Shown here piece after piece: positions 46,206-56,259 of a stretch of 64,000 bases of DNA. A program made the position numbers and the translations under genes. Below the pieces are notes generated by a model, which saw nothing but the letters and a program-made list of their open reading frames with translations, did no database searches and had not been told where the DNA came from. The DNA comes from Patescibacteria group bacterium (lineage in GTDB: Bacteria; Patescibacteriota; Minisyncoccia; Moranbacterales; UBA2206): positions 128,586-192,585 of the forward strand of contig JAKLIG010000001.1 of assembly GCA_022709735.1 (NCBI GenBank). Reading direction: 5' to 3'. The first letter of the stretch is position 1. The number at the start of each line of letters is the position of its first letter.

Positions 46206-47381
46206 ATGAAGTCTATTTTGATAAAATTGAATAAGGTGATCCGGATGATTCAAAAAAGCGGATTTAGAATCGGTGGAAAAATAGCTGTGGGATATTTAAC
46301 AATTTATCTCAAATCTTTTTTTGTTCCAGCCAGGGACATTTTATTTATTGCTGGCGGAGTAGGTGACAAGGCGCATTATCGAGCTTTTGGCATAGCGGAA
46401 GAATTGAAGGCACATGGGCTTGGCTGTTCTGCAACCAACCAAAATAATCCCAGACTTTTTAAATTTGCTGATAAAACGAAAATCTTTATATTCAGTAAGA
46501 CAACTTACACCCCCAAAATCGCCAAATTTATTTCGGAAATAAAAAAACAAAAAAAAGAAATAATTTTTGATACGGATGATTTAGATTTTGATCCGAAATA
46601 TTTATCGCATATGGATTATTTTTCAAAGATAACAGCGACAGAGAAAAAAGAATACGAAAACGGAATTGGCGCAGAAATTTTGAATGATCCGTATGTTAAA
46701 ACATGCACAACAACAGTTTCCTATTTGGCGGAAAAGTTGAAGGAAAAAAATAAGCGCGTGATAATTGTGCCGAATAAAATTTCCAATCATGAGTTGGAAA
46801 TTGCCGATAAAATCTTGGAAAAAAGAAAAAAATCGGATGAATTTTTGCGGATTGGATATTTTAGCGGAACATATTCGCATAATAAGGATTTTGCTACGAT
46901 TGCAAATGCTCTTGTTGAGATACTTCGAAAATATAAAAATGTAAAACTAGTTTTAGCCGGGCTTTTAGATGCGGAAGAAAAATTAAATGAGTTTGGGGAT
47001 CGGATCGAAATTTTACCAAGAGTTCCGCGCGACGAATACTACACTAATATTTATAAATGTGATATTAATCTAGCACCACTGGAAATTGGCAATCCATTTT
47101 GCGAATCTCGGTCAGCGCTTAAGTTTATTGAAACAGGAATTCTAGCTATTCCAACAGTAGCAGTAAAAAATCAAACATATCGTGAAACGATTAGCGATGG
47201 AGTAGATGGATTTTTGGCGGGCGATACTGATGAATGGGTGGGGAAAATAAGTCAGTTAATTGAAAACGAAAATTTGCGAAACGAAATGGGCAAAAAAGCG
47301 CGCGAAAAAGTCTTACTTGATTATACTAATAAAAACAGCCATAATGAAGAATATTATAATTACCTAAAATCTAAATTATGA
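46206..47381 (+). CDS. Glycosyltransferase family 4 (GT-B)
   Basis: C-terminal LAPLEIGNPFCESRSALKFIETGILAIPTVAV...DGVDGFL pattern. Confidence 0.55.
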   Translation: MKSILIKLNKVIRMIQKSGFRIGGKIAVGYLTIYLKSFFVPARDILFIAGGVGDKAHYRAFGIAEELKAHGLGCSATNQNNPRLFKFADKTKIFIFSKTTYTPKIAKFISEIKKQKKEIIFDTDDLDFDPKYLSHMDYFSKITATEKKEYENGIGAEILNDPYVKTCTTTVSYLAEKLKEKNKRVIIVPNKISNHELEIADKILEKRKKSDEFLRIGYFSGTYSHNKDFATIANALVEILRKYKNVKLVLAGLLDAEEKLNEFGDRIEILPRVPRDEYYTNIYKCDINLAPLEIGNPFCESRSALKFIETGILAIPTVAVKNQTYRETISDGVDGFLAGDTDEWVGKISQLIENENLRNEMGKKAREKVLLDYTNKNSHNEEYYNYLKSKL

Positions 47382-48331
47382 AAATTCTAATCACGGGAGG
47401 AGCGGGGTTCATCGGTAGCGCTTGCGCCAAAAAATTGATGGATAGGGGAGATAAAATTATTATAATCGATAATTTTAATGATTATTATGATCCGAGTTTG
47501 AAAGAAGCGAGAATCAAGAAATTCCTAAAAGGATATAAATTCAAATTATATAGAGGCGACATCAGAGATGAAAAATTAGTGGAGAAAATATTTAAGACAG
47601 AAAAAATAGACAAAGTAATTCATTTGGCGGCGATGGCAGGAGTGCGTTACGCTATAAAATATCCAAAACTTTATTTTGATGTGAATGTGATGGGGAGTAT
47701 TAACCTCTTGGAGTCTGCCGTTAAATATAAAGTTAAAAACTTTGTTTTCGCTTCATCCTCGTCAGTTTATGGTAATAATAAGAAAATGCCTTTTTCGGAA
47801 AGTGATCCGGTGGATACGCCAATTTCACCTTATGCTGCTTCCAAAAAAGCCGATGAACTTATTGCTCATGTTTATGCCCATCTTTATGGTCTAAAAATAA
47901 CCGCCCTTCGTTTTTTTACAGTTTATGGCCCTTGGGGCAGGCCGGATATGGCGCTTTTCAAATTTACCAAAAATATTTTAGCCGGAAAACAAATTGAAGT
48001 TTACAACTATGGAAAGATGAGTCGAAATTTCACTTATGTTGATGATATAGTTTCTGGTGTAATCACAATTTTGGATGCCAATTTAAATTTTGGAATTATG
48101 AACATCGGTGGTGATCGGGAAGAACAGCTTACGCGTTACATTGAGGTTTTAGAAAATTGTCTTGGAAAAATTGCAAAGAAAAAAATGATGCCAATGCAAC
48201 CAGGTGATGTCCCTTCAACTGTTGCAGATATTAGAAAACTTAAAAAGCTCGGTTGGAAACCAGAGACGAGAATTGAAAAAGGAATTGCAAATTTTGTGGA
48301 GTGGTATAAGGAATACTACAAAGTAAAGTAA
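47378..48331 (+). CDS. NAD-dependent nucleotide-sugar epimerase/dehydratase (SDR, UDP-glucuronate/glucose 4-epimerase-like)
   Basis: MKILITGGAGFIGS, YAASKKADE (YxxxK). Confidence 0.8.
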   Translation: MKILITGGAGFIGSACAKKLMDRGDKIIIIDNFNDYYDPSLKEARIKKFLKGYKFKLYRGDIRDEKLVEKIFKTEKIDKVIHLAAMAGVRYAIKYPKLYFDVNVMGSINLLESAVKYKVKNFVFASSSSVYGNNKKMPFSESDPVDTPISPYAASKKADELIAHVYAHLYGLKITALRFFTVYGPWGRPDMALFKFTKNILAGKQIEVYNYGKMSRNFTYVDDIVSGVITILDANLNFGIMNIGGDREEQLTRYIEVLENCLGKIAKKKMMPMQPGDVPSTVADIRKLKKLGWKPETRIEKGIANFVEWYKEYYKVK

Positions 48332-48355
48332 TTTAATTAAATTTATATAAAATCA

Positions 48356-49522
48356 ATGAAAAAAAACATTAGACTCATCACTTCAGAATCCGTGACTGAA
48401 GGTCATCCAGACAAAGTTTGCGACCAAATTAGCGATGGAATTTATGATGAAATGCTCAAAGTTGATCCAATGAGTCGTAGCGCGGTGGAATGTTTTTGCA
48501 CGACCGGAATGGTTATGGTTGGCGGGGAAGTGACAACCAAGGCCTATGTGAATGTGGACAAAGTTGTTCGCGATGTTCTTCGTGGCATTGGCTATGATAA
48601 GCAAGAATATGGCTTCTGCTGTGATGATGTGGGAGTTTTGGTATCTATTCACGAACAAAGCCCGGACATCGCCCAGGGCGTAAATGAAGGCGAAGGAGAG
48701 CATAAGGAACTGGGAGCAGGCGACCAAGGACTTATGTTTGGCTATGCAACAGATGAAACAAAAGAATTGATGCCTCTGCCGATTCTCTTGGCCCATAAAC
48801 TAACAGAACGCTTGGCAGCGGTCAGAAAGAATAAAACCCTGCCTTATCTTCGTCCGGATGGGAAGAGTCAGGTAACAATTGAATATGAAAACGGAATTGC
48901 CAAACGAGCGGAAACGGTGGTTATTGCCGCTCATCACAGCAAGGATGTTTCTATTAAAAAGTTACGAGATGATATTAGAAAGAAAGTTATTGAACCAATA
49001 GTTGGAAAATATTTGGACAGTAAAACTAAATTTTATATTAATGCGACTGGAAAATTTATTTTTGGTGGGCCACCAGCTGACACCGGGCTTACGGGAAGAA
49101 AAATTATTGTTGATACTTATGGCGGAGCCGTACCTCATGGAGGCGGTGCCTTTTCAGGAAAAGATTTGACCAAAGTTGATCGAAGCGGAGCTTATATGGC
49201 ACGCTACACCGCAAAAAATGTAGTTGCCGCCGGACTTGCTTCTCGCTGTCAAATTCAAGTCGCTTATGCAATCGGTGTTGCCGAACCAGTCGGAATTTAT
49301 GTGGACACTTTTGGCACAAACAAAATTTCCGAAGAAGAAATATTGAAACTTATCAAAAAATATTTTGATTTTCGGCCGAAAAGTATTATTGAAAAACTAA
49401 ATTTGCGTCGTCCAATCTACAAAAAAACTGCAGCGTACGGACATTTTGGAAGGCAAGACAAGGATTTTACTTGGGAAAAAACGGATCTGGCGGAAAAATT
49501 GAGAAAGGAAGCAAAGAAATAG
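48356..49522 (+). CDS. metK: S-adenosylmethionine synthetase
   Basis: [21 protein letters not shown] motifs; full-length 388 aa. Confidence 0.95.
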   Translation: MKKNIRLITSESVTEGHPDKVCDQISDGIYDEMLKVDPMSRSAVECFCTTGMVMVGGEVTTKAYVNVDKVVRDVLRGIGYDKQEYGFCCDDVGVLVSIHEQSPDIAQGVNEGEGEHKELGAGDQGLMFGYATDETKELMPLPILLAHKLTERLAAVRKNKTLPYLRPDGKSQVTIEYENGIAKRAETVVIAAHHSKDVSIKKLRDDIRKKVIEPIVGKYLDSKTKFYINATGKFIFGGPPADTGLTGRKIIVDTYGGAVPHGGGAFSGKDLTKVDRSGAYMARYTAKNVVAAGLASRCQIQVAYAIGVAEPVGIYVDTFGTNKISEEEILKLIKKYFDFRPKSIIEKLNLRRPIYKKTAAYGHFGRQDKDFTWEKTDLAEKLRKEAKK

Positions 49523-49560
49523 AATTTAAGAATTTTGAAAAATTAAAGAAATTTTGCTAA

Positions 49561-50988
49561 ATGAAAACTAGAATAATAAAAGGAATAACATGGAATGTGT
49601 TTCAACTTTTTGCTGATCAAGGATTTAGTATGCTGGTCAAGATTATTCTCGCTAGACTTTTATTGCCAGAACATTTTGGAATAATTGGAATGGCCATTAT
49701 ATTTTCGGGTTTTTTTAGCGCGATTAGCGATGCTGGGCTTGGGGCTGCTTTGATTAGATTTAAAAAAGAAAAACTGGAAGACATTCATTATCAAACAGTT
49801 TTTTGGTCTAGCCTTGTTTTTAGCGGGCTACTTTATTTTATCTTGATATTTGGGATAACTCCTTTTGCAGTTTGGTTTTACAAGGAAGCTATTCTAAGTA
49901 TAATTCTTCCAGTTATTGGTATTTCTCTGATATTAAATTCATTTAATATTATACCAAAAATAATACTTTCCAGAGAGCTAAATTTCAAATCACTTAGTAT
50001 CGTTAGTATAACTTCAAATTTATTTGGAGGAATCATTGCGATTATTTTAGCTTTTTTAGGTGCAGGCGTTTGGAGTATTATTTTACAAGGTTTAATTTCT
50101 GGATTTATTTCAATTCCTATTTTTTGGTATTTTATTGATTGGAAACCGAAATTTAATTTTTCAAAAGAAGCCCTGAAAGATATCCTAGGATTTGGATTAT
50201 ATGAAACAGGGCTAAATATGCTTGGTTATTTTACTAGAAATATAGACTATTTGATTGTGGGAAAATTGCTTGGCGCTTCACTTCTTGGAATATATACAAT
50301 GGCTTTTACGATAACCGATATATTTAGACAGCAAATCATGGGAATTTTAAATAAAATAATGTTTCCAGTTTATGGAATAATGCAAGATGATTTTTCTAAA
50401 ATTAAAAAATATTATTTGAAAGTTATAAAGTTCAACACAATTTTTTTGTTGCCATTTTTGTTGCCATTGATAATTTGCACAAAGCCGTTGATCCTTATTA
50501 TTTTTGGTGAAAAATGGATTTTGGCAGAATTCCCAATTCAAGCTATGGCGGTAGCTTCAATTATTCATGGTATTTCCGGTACGACTGATTCCGTATTTAA
50601 AGGAATTGGCAAAGTCAATATAACATTTAAGATATCTTTGATTAAAATATTTATTATTACCATTCCTTCATTTGTAGTCCTAATTTATTTTTTTGGAATA
50701 AATGGTGCGGCAATAGCTGTTATTGCTCATAAATCAATAGGAAGAATTATACATCAATATTATATGAAAAAGATTATTTGTGTTTCAGAATTAGATATAC
50801 TGAATGTTTTAAAAGAACCATTTTTTGCCTCCATAATTCCTATTATTTTGTTAGTATTAATTTCTAGCTATGTTGATATATATGCATGGGAATATTATAT
50901 AATCGGCATAGCAGTTAGCATTGTGATTTACATGCTTAGTATTTATTTTATGATGAAAAGTGAAATAGGGGAAATATTTAAAAGATAA
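49561..50988 (+). CDS. Polysaccharide flippase (Wzx-like, MOP superfamily)
   Basis: 475 aa, 12-14 TM, N-terminal NVFQLFADQGFSMLVKIILARLL typical of Wzx/RfbX. Confidence 0.65.
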   Translation: MKTRIIKGITWNVFQLFADQGFSMLVKIILARLLLPEHFGIIGMAIIFSGFFSAISDAGLGAALIRFKKEKLEDIHYQTVFWSSLVFSGLLYFILIFGITPFAVWFYKEAILSIILPVIGISLILNSFNIIPKIILSRELNFKSLSIVSITSNLFGGIIAIILAFLGAGVWSIILQGLISGFISIPIFWYFIDWKPKFNFSKEALKDILGFGLYETGLNMLGYFTRNIDYLIVGKLLGASLLGIYTMAFTITDIFRQQIMGILNKIMFPVYGIMQDDFSKIKKYYLKVIKFNTIFLLPFLLPLIICTKPLILIIFGEKWILAEFPIQAMAVASIIHGISGTTDSVFKGIGKVNITFKISLIKIFIITIPSFVVLIYFFGINGAAIAVIAHKSIGRIIHQYYMKKIICVSELDILNVLKEPFFASIIPIILLVLISSYVDIYAWEYYIIGIAVSIVIYMLSIYFMMKSEIGEIFKR

Positions 50989-51000
50989 TTTATAAAAAAA

Positions 51001-51423
51001 ATGAGTAAGAAAAAAATTATCGGTTACACTACGGGAGTTTTTGATCTATTTCATATAGGTCACCTTAATATTCTTAAAAAGGCAAAAAGCAAGTGCGATA
51101 TATTAGTTGTCGGTGTTACCACAGATGAATTAGCTGAAAAATTAAAAGGTAAAAAACCGGTAATTTCTTTTAGAGATAGAATAGAAATTGTAAAAAATAT
51201 AAAATTTGTAGACAAGGTAGTGCCTGAAACTTACGATGACAAAATAAAAGCCTGTAAAAAGTTGAAATTCGATGTAATTTTCAAAGGAAACGATTGGAAG
51301 GGTTCGGAAAAATGGCAAAAATTGGAGGATGAATTTTTAAAATTAGGCGTAAAAGTTATTTATTTTCAATATACCAAAACTACAAGTTCAACCAAAATAA
51401 GCAGGATCTTGGATTTTATGTAG
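51001..51423 (+). CDS. tagD: Glycerol-3-phosphate cytidylyltransferase (TagD-like)
   Basis: GYTTGVFDLFHIGHLNIL HxGH motif, 140 aa. Confidence 0.8.
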   Translation: MSKKKIIGYTTGVFDLFHIGHLNILKKAKSKCDILVVGVTTDELAEKLKGKKPVISFRDRIEIVKNIKFVDKVVPETYDDKIKACKKLKFDVIFKGNDWKGSEKWQKLEDEFLKLGVKVIYFQYTKTTSSTKISRILDFM

Positions 51424-51444
51424 CAGTTATTTTTTCTGAAAAGA

Positions 51445-52194
51445 ATGATTATATCTCACAAATACAAATTTATTTTTGTGAAAACAGCCAAAACTGCCGG
51501 TACAAGTATCGAGATTTTTTTAGATAGATATTGTGACTCAGGAGACGTTTTTACGCCCTTTTCTCGGCAAGAGCTAAATCATCAACCAAGAAATTATGAA
51601 GGTTATTTCAACCCAATTCCTGAAATTTATAAAAATCTAAATATTTTTGATTCCACAAATAATCAAAATATCTGGAGAACTTTCCATGAGTTGTATAATA
51701 AAAATAAATTCCATTGTCATATTCCTGCTTGGCTTATAAGAGCAAGGACACCGAAGAATATTTGGAATAACTATTATAAATTTTGTGTGGAGCGAAACCC
51801 ATGGGAGAAAATAATTTCTGGCTGGCATTGGTATAATAAAAAATATAAAAGCCCAATAGGCTTAGATGAGTATATTGATTTTTGCGAAAAAAGAGTCAAA
51901 CAAAAAATTCGCGGTGTTGGTGTTTGCCCGTATAATTTTTTAAACTATACTGATCCAATCACCGAAAATATTTTAGTTGATAAAATAATTCGCTATGAAA
52001 ATTTAGAAGAAGAATTTTTTTCTACATTAAAAATGCTTGACATGAAAACTGATGGGAAGTTGAATGTGTTTGCTAAGTTCAATGTTGGCGCAAAAGTTTC
52101 GTATGGTAATTTTTATAATGTAAATCAGAGAAAGCGAATAGAAAAAATTTTTAACAAGGAAATTAACCTACGCGGATATAAATTTTATGAATAA
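51445..52194 (+). CDS. Sulfotransferase family protein (Sulfotransfer_2-like)
   Basis: FVKTAKTAGTSI resembles 5'-PSB (h)PKTGGTS motif. Confidence 0.4.
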   Translation: MIISHKYKFIFVKTAKTAGTSIEIFLDRYCDSGDVFTPFSRQELNHQPRNYEGYFNPIPEIYKNLNIFDSTNNQNIWRTFHELYNKNKFHCHIPAWLIRARTPKNIWNNYYKFCVERNPWEKIISGWHWYNKKYKSPIGLDEYIDFCEKRVKQKIRGVGVCPYNFLNYTDPITENILVDKIIRYENLEEEFFSTLKMLDMKTDGKLNVFAKFNVGAKVSYGNFYNVNQRKRIEKIFNKEINLRGYKFYE

Positions 52195-53341
52195 GGGAAA
52201 AGAGAGGATCGTTTTATTTGGAAGTAGCAATGGCAAATACTATTCCGATAATAGTATGTTTGTTTTTGAATGGATTTTAAAAAATCGCAATGATATAAAA
52301 CCAGTTTGGCTGACAAGGAATCGGGCAGTGTTTGACAAGCTAAGAAAAGAGAAAAAACCAGTAGCATTAATTAACAGCATAAAAGGAGTGGTATTATTAT
52401 TTAAGGCAAGCGTAGGATTATTCACTAACAGCTTGCGAGACTTAGCAATAAATCCTTTTTTAATGCCTAAATTTTTGAATTTAATCGCTTTAAGGCATGG
52501 AAAATCAGTTAAAAAAGTGCGTTTTGCAATAGAGGGGAGCAAAATATTAAAAAAGGAAAAAGGGGAGAGGGAAAAAGAAAATTATCACATAAAATATGCA
52601 ATTTCAACATCCGAATTTATATCTGACATTCAAGAGCAGTGCCTTTTAATTGGAAGGGAAAAACATATTGTCACTGGCTATCCAAGAAACGATGAATTAT
52701 TCAATCCTTCCGAAGAGAATAAAAATAAATGGAAAAAATTTACAGAAAGCGTAAGATTTAACAAGGCAATTCTTTATGGTCCTAGTTGGCGCCATGGCAG
52801 AGAGGCTACGCGATTTTTCCCTTTTAATGATTTTGATAAAAATGAGCTGAAAAATTTTTTAGAATCAAAAAAAATTATTCTACTTTTGAGACCACATAAA
52901 AACGATTTGCTAAGATATAATTCATTATCAAAATTTTTGAAAGAACTTGCAAGCAGTTCTGAAAATATAAAATTCGTATCTCATGATATTTTTCCTGATG
53001 TAAATTCGATACTTCCTTTTATTGATGTGCTAATATCGGACTATTCTGCGCTTTATCATGATTTTCTTCTGCTCGATCGTCCTTTAATGTTTGTTCCTTA
53101 TGATTTTGATGATTATAACAAGCAAAATGGTTTTTTATACGATTATTATGAAAATCTCCCAGGTCCAGCTCTGAAAAATTTTAAAGATTTTTGCAATAAT
53201 ATCGAAGCTATATCTAGAGGGATTGATGAATATATTGATAAGCGAAGGAAGCTTTGCGACAGAGTGCATTTTTATAAAGACAGTAAGTCTTGCGAAAGAG
53301 TTAGTAAATTGATAGACCGTATTTTAGATGAAAATAAATAA
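52187..53341 (+). CDS. tagF: CDP-glycerol glycerophosphotransferase (TagF/TagB family)
   Basis: ILYGPSWRHG, LRPHKND, DVLISDYSALYHDFLLLDRPLMFVPYDFDDY match TagF C-terminal catalytic domain. Confidence 0.7.
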   Translation: MNKGKERIVLFGSSNGKYYSDNSMFVFEWILKNRNDIKPVWLTRNRAVFDKLRKEKKPVALINSIKGVVLLFKASVGLFTNSLRDLAINPFLMPKFLNLIALRHGKSVKKVRFAIEGSKILKKEKGEREKENYHIKYAISTSEFISDIQEQCLLIGREKHIVTGYPRNDELFNPSEENKNKWKKFTESVRFNKAILYGPSWRHGREATRFFPFNDFDKNELKNFLESKKIILLLRPHKNDLLRYNSLSKFLKELASSSENIKFVSHDIFPDVNSILPFIDVLISDYSALYHDFLLLDRPLMFVPYDFDDYNKQNGFLYDYYENLPGPALKNFKDFCNNIEAISRGIDEYIDKRRKLCDRVHFYKDSKSCERVSKLIDRILDENK

Positions 53342-53345
53342 GGCC

Positions 53346-55301
53346 ATGAGTATTAATTTGAACGATGTTTTAACCGATTCCGCTGAAAAGGCGCTATTGG
53401 AACAAAAAGAAGATGGCTCAATGCTCTCTGGATACAATGGGCCATATTTCCATCCGGAAACTCCAATTAGAAATACCTCGCATTGGCTGGTATCTTTTTT
53501 AAAAGCATATAATATTACAGGTGAAGAAAAATATTTAAAAGCTTCAGAAAGATGCATAAATTATCTTGTTGAAAATAAGCCAGAATTCAATTATTGTCAG
53601 CGCACATTCAAAGGGAAAGATAAATGTAATGGATTAATTGGACCAGCATGGGTAATGGAAGCTTTCTTAATTGCATCAAAAGAAATAAATCGAAGAGATT
53701 TATCTGATTTGGCTTCAGATATTTTTTGTTTGCATGAATTTGATGAAAAATTGGGACTTTGGCACAGAAGAGAAATCGACGGAGAAATATTGTCTATAGA
53801 TTGGACATTTAATCATCAACTATGGTTTGCGGCAATTGGCAGTATGTTTGATAAAAAATTATATCCCAAGATACACAATCAAATCAAAATATTTATTGAA
53901 AAACTTCCAGTTAATTTTGGTATTTATAAAAGTGGTCTAATCTGGCATCCTGTTTCTAAAATTCCGCTTAAAATAGAAAGTTTTGAAAGATTTTTAGAGT
54001 TATTTAAAAATTTGATTATTAATAAAGAAAAAAATATTAATAAAGCTATAGGCTATCACCAATTTAATTTATACGCCTTTGCAATTTTAAAAGAAAATTA
54101 TCCCAATCTTTCTTTTTGGCAGTCAAAAAAATTTCAAAAAGCTTTGAAATTTATTGAAAGTGAAGAATATGAGAAAGGGCTGATAAACAATAAATTTGGT
54201 TTTGATTATAATGTGGCAGGAATTGAAATGGCGCATACGCTGAAGGTTTTCAAGAAAAATAGCGAAGAATTGCAAAAATATTGGCTGAAAAAACAATTTC
54301 AAAGAAATTATGATTTTGAAAAAAAAATGTTATGCAAAAATACAGATGATCCGGAAACACTCTCCGCGCGAATTTATGAAGCGACTAGACTCGATAGTAT
54401 AGTTCTAAACATAATAACAGAAAAGCCATTTGTTTCAGTTATTGTTCCGGTTTATAATGATCTTGAAAGAATTAAAGTATGTATTGAATGTTTATTGAAT
54501 CAATCTTATCCCAAAGATAAATACGAGATAATTATTATAGACAATAATTCTTCTGATAGTACCCCAGAAATTATAAAAAAGTATCCAGTTAAATTACTTT
54601 TTGAAAAAGAAATCCAAAGCTCTTATGCGGCAAGAAATAGGGGAATAAGAGAATCTAAGGGAGAAATAATAATCTTTACTGATTCTGATTGCCAACCTGC
54701 TGAAAATTGGATTGAAAATGGAATTGCAACATTATATTCAGAGAAAGCAGATTTAATTGCTGGAAAAGTTTCCTTTATATTCTCTGATAAAAATGATATT
54801 TTCGAAATTTGTGATTCATTGGAACATATGCAACAGGAATATTCTGTGAAATTTGGCGGCTCTGCTGCTACTGCTAACTTATTTAGCAAAAGAAATATTT
54901 TTAATGAAATAGGATTTTTCCCAGACAATGTGAAATCAGGAGGTGATGGAATCTGGACATATAATGCGTCAGCAAAGGGATTTAAACTTATATATTGCCA
55001 AAACGCTGAAGTATTTCATCCGACAAGAAAGAAGGATGATATTTTGAAAAAAAAATTACGAATAGGTTATGGCAGCATATCTGCCTCGATAAATAAAAAA
55101 AGGAGCTTGCTAGGTATTATTTTTATATTAATAAGAGACTTTATTCCTCCAATAAGAATTAAACTTGATAAAATTAATACCAAAAAAACAGCCAGTCTTT
55201 TATTAAAAATATATCTTGTTAAGTGGCTGTGTAGCTTGTATTTTAATTTTGGTAAGCTATTATATATAAAAGATACAATCTTTCAAAAAATAAAAAGATA
55301 A
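53346..55301 (+). CDS. Two-domain protein: N-terminal unknown domain (about 350 aa) fused to glycosyltransferase family 2
   Basis: C-terminal VSVIVPVYNDLERIKVCIECLLNQSYPKDKYEIIIIDNNSSDST...FTDSDC GT2 signature; ATG 53346 chosen (53328 overlaps tagF). Confidence 0.65.
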   Translation: MSINLNDVLTDSAEKALLEQKEDGSMLSGYNGPYFHPETPIRNTSHWLVSFLKAYNITGEEKYLKASERCINYLVENKPEFNYCQRTFKGKDKCNGLIGPAWVMEAFLIASKEINRRDLSDLASDIFCLHEFDEKLGLWHRREIDGEILSIDWTFNHQLWFAAIGSMFDKKLYPKIHNQIKIFIEKLPVNFGIYKSGLIWHPVSKIPLKIESFERFLELFKNLIINKEKNINKAIGYHQFNLYAFAILKENYPNLSFWQSKKFQKALKFIESEEYEKGLINNKFGFDYNVAGIEMAHTLKVFKKNSEELQKYWLKKQFQRNYDFEKKMLCKNTDDPETLSARIYEATRLDSIVLNIITEKPFVSVIVPVYNDLERIKVCIECLLNQSYPKDKYEIIIIDNNSSDSTPEIIKKYPVKLLFEKEIQSSYAARNRGIRESKGEIIIFTDSDCQPAENWIENGIATLYSEKADLIAGKVSFIFSDKNDIFEICDSLEHMQQEYSVKFGGSAATANLFSKRNIFNEIGFFPDNVKSGGDGIWTYNASAKGFKLIYCQNAEVFHPTRKKDDILKKKLRIGYGSISASINKKRSLLGIIFILIRDFIPPIRIKLDKINTKKTASLLLKIYLVKWLCSLYFNFGKLLYIKDTIFQKIKR

Positions 55302-55303
55302 TT

Positions 55304-56257
55304 ATGAGAATTTCAATAGTAACACCCGTTTATAATGCGGGAAAATATGTTGAGGAAGCAGTGAAATCTGCATTGGCTCAAGAAGAAGTTGCGGAAGTCA
55401 TTTTAGTAGAAGATGGGTCTTTGGATGGATCTTTAGAAGTTTGCAAAAAATTGGCGGACAAATACGAAAAAGTATTTTTATACCAGCATCCGAACGGAGA
55501 AAACAGGGGAGCGGGAGAAACTAGAAATCTAGCAATAGAAAAATCAACCTGTGAATTCGTAGCCTTTTTGGATGCGGATGATTTTTATTTGTTAGGAAGA
55601 TTTAAGAATGCGAAAAAAATATTTGAAGCTCGACCGGAAGTTGATGGAGTATATGAAGCAATTGGCACGAAATTTGATAACAGTGAAATAGAAGAAAAAT
55701 GGAAGAAAAATAGATGGGATCTTATTCTGACATTAAAACAGAAAGTTAAACCAGAAAAACTATTTGAATTTTTAGTTTTGGCAAAACAAGGAATTTTTTC
55801 TATAGATGGGCTGGTCGTTAAGAAAGAAGCTTTGAAAAAAATAGGCTTATTTAACACGAAACTACGCATATCTCAGGATACTCATATGTATTTGAAACTA
55901 GCTGCTATCTGCACATTAGTCCCAGGGGATATAAAAAATCCTGTTTCGATGAGGAGAATTCATGCGGGCAATAGAATTACAAAAGTTGATAAAAATGAGC
56001 TTTATAGATATCATCATGATCTTTGGAAATCATTGCATGAATGGTCAAGAAACACGCAAATGAATTTTTCTAAAAAAGTGATAATAGAGTATATGAATTT
56101 TTACTACGAAATATTGATAAGAGAGAAAAAAAATTTAAATAATATAAATTATAATATTTTATTGTCTTTGTTAAAATATTCGATTAAAAAGCCTTTTTCG
56201 CATACTTTAATGTTAATGGAAAAATTTCTTTTCTATCTATTTAAAAGCATTATATAA
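55304..56257 (+). CDS. Glycosyltransferase family 2
   Basis: MRISIVTPVYNAGKYVEEAVKSALAQ...VILVEDGSLDGS...FLDADD. Confidence 0.8.
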   Translation: MRISIVTPVYNAGKYVEEAVKSALAQEEVAEVILVEDGSLDGSLEVCKKLADKYEKVFLYQHPNGENRGAGETRNLAIEKSTCEFVAFLDADDFYLLGRFKNAKKIFEARPEVDGVYEAIGTKFDNSEIEEKWKKNRWDLILTLKQKVKPEKLFEFLVLAKQGIFSIDGLVVKKEALKKIGLFNTKLRISQDTHMYLKLAAICTLVPGDIKNPVSMRRIHAGNRITKVDKNELYRYHHDLWKSLHEWSRNTQMNFSKKVIIEYMNFYYEILIREKKNLNNINYNILLSLLKYSIKKPFSHTLMLMEKFLFYLFKSII

Positions 56258-56259
56258 TT

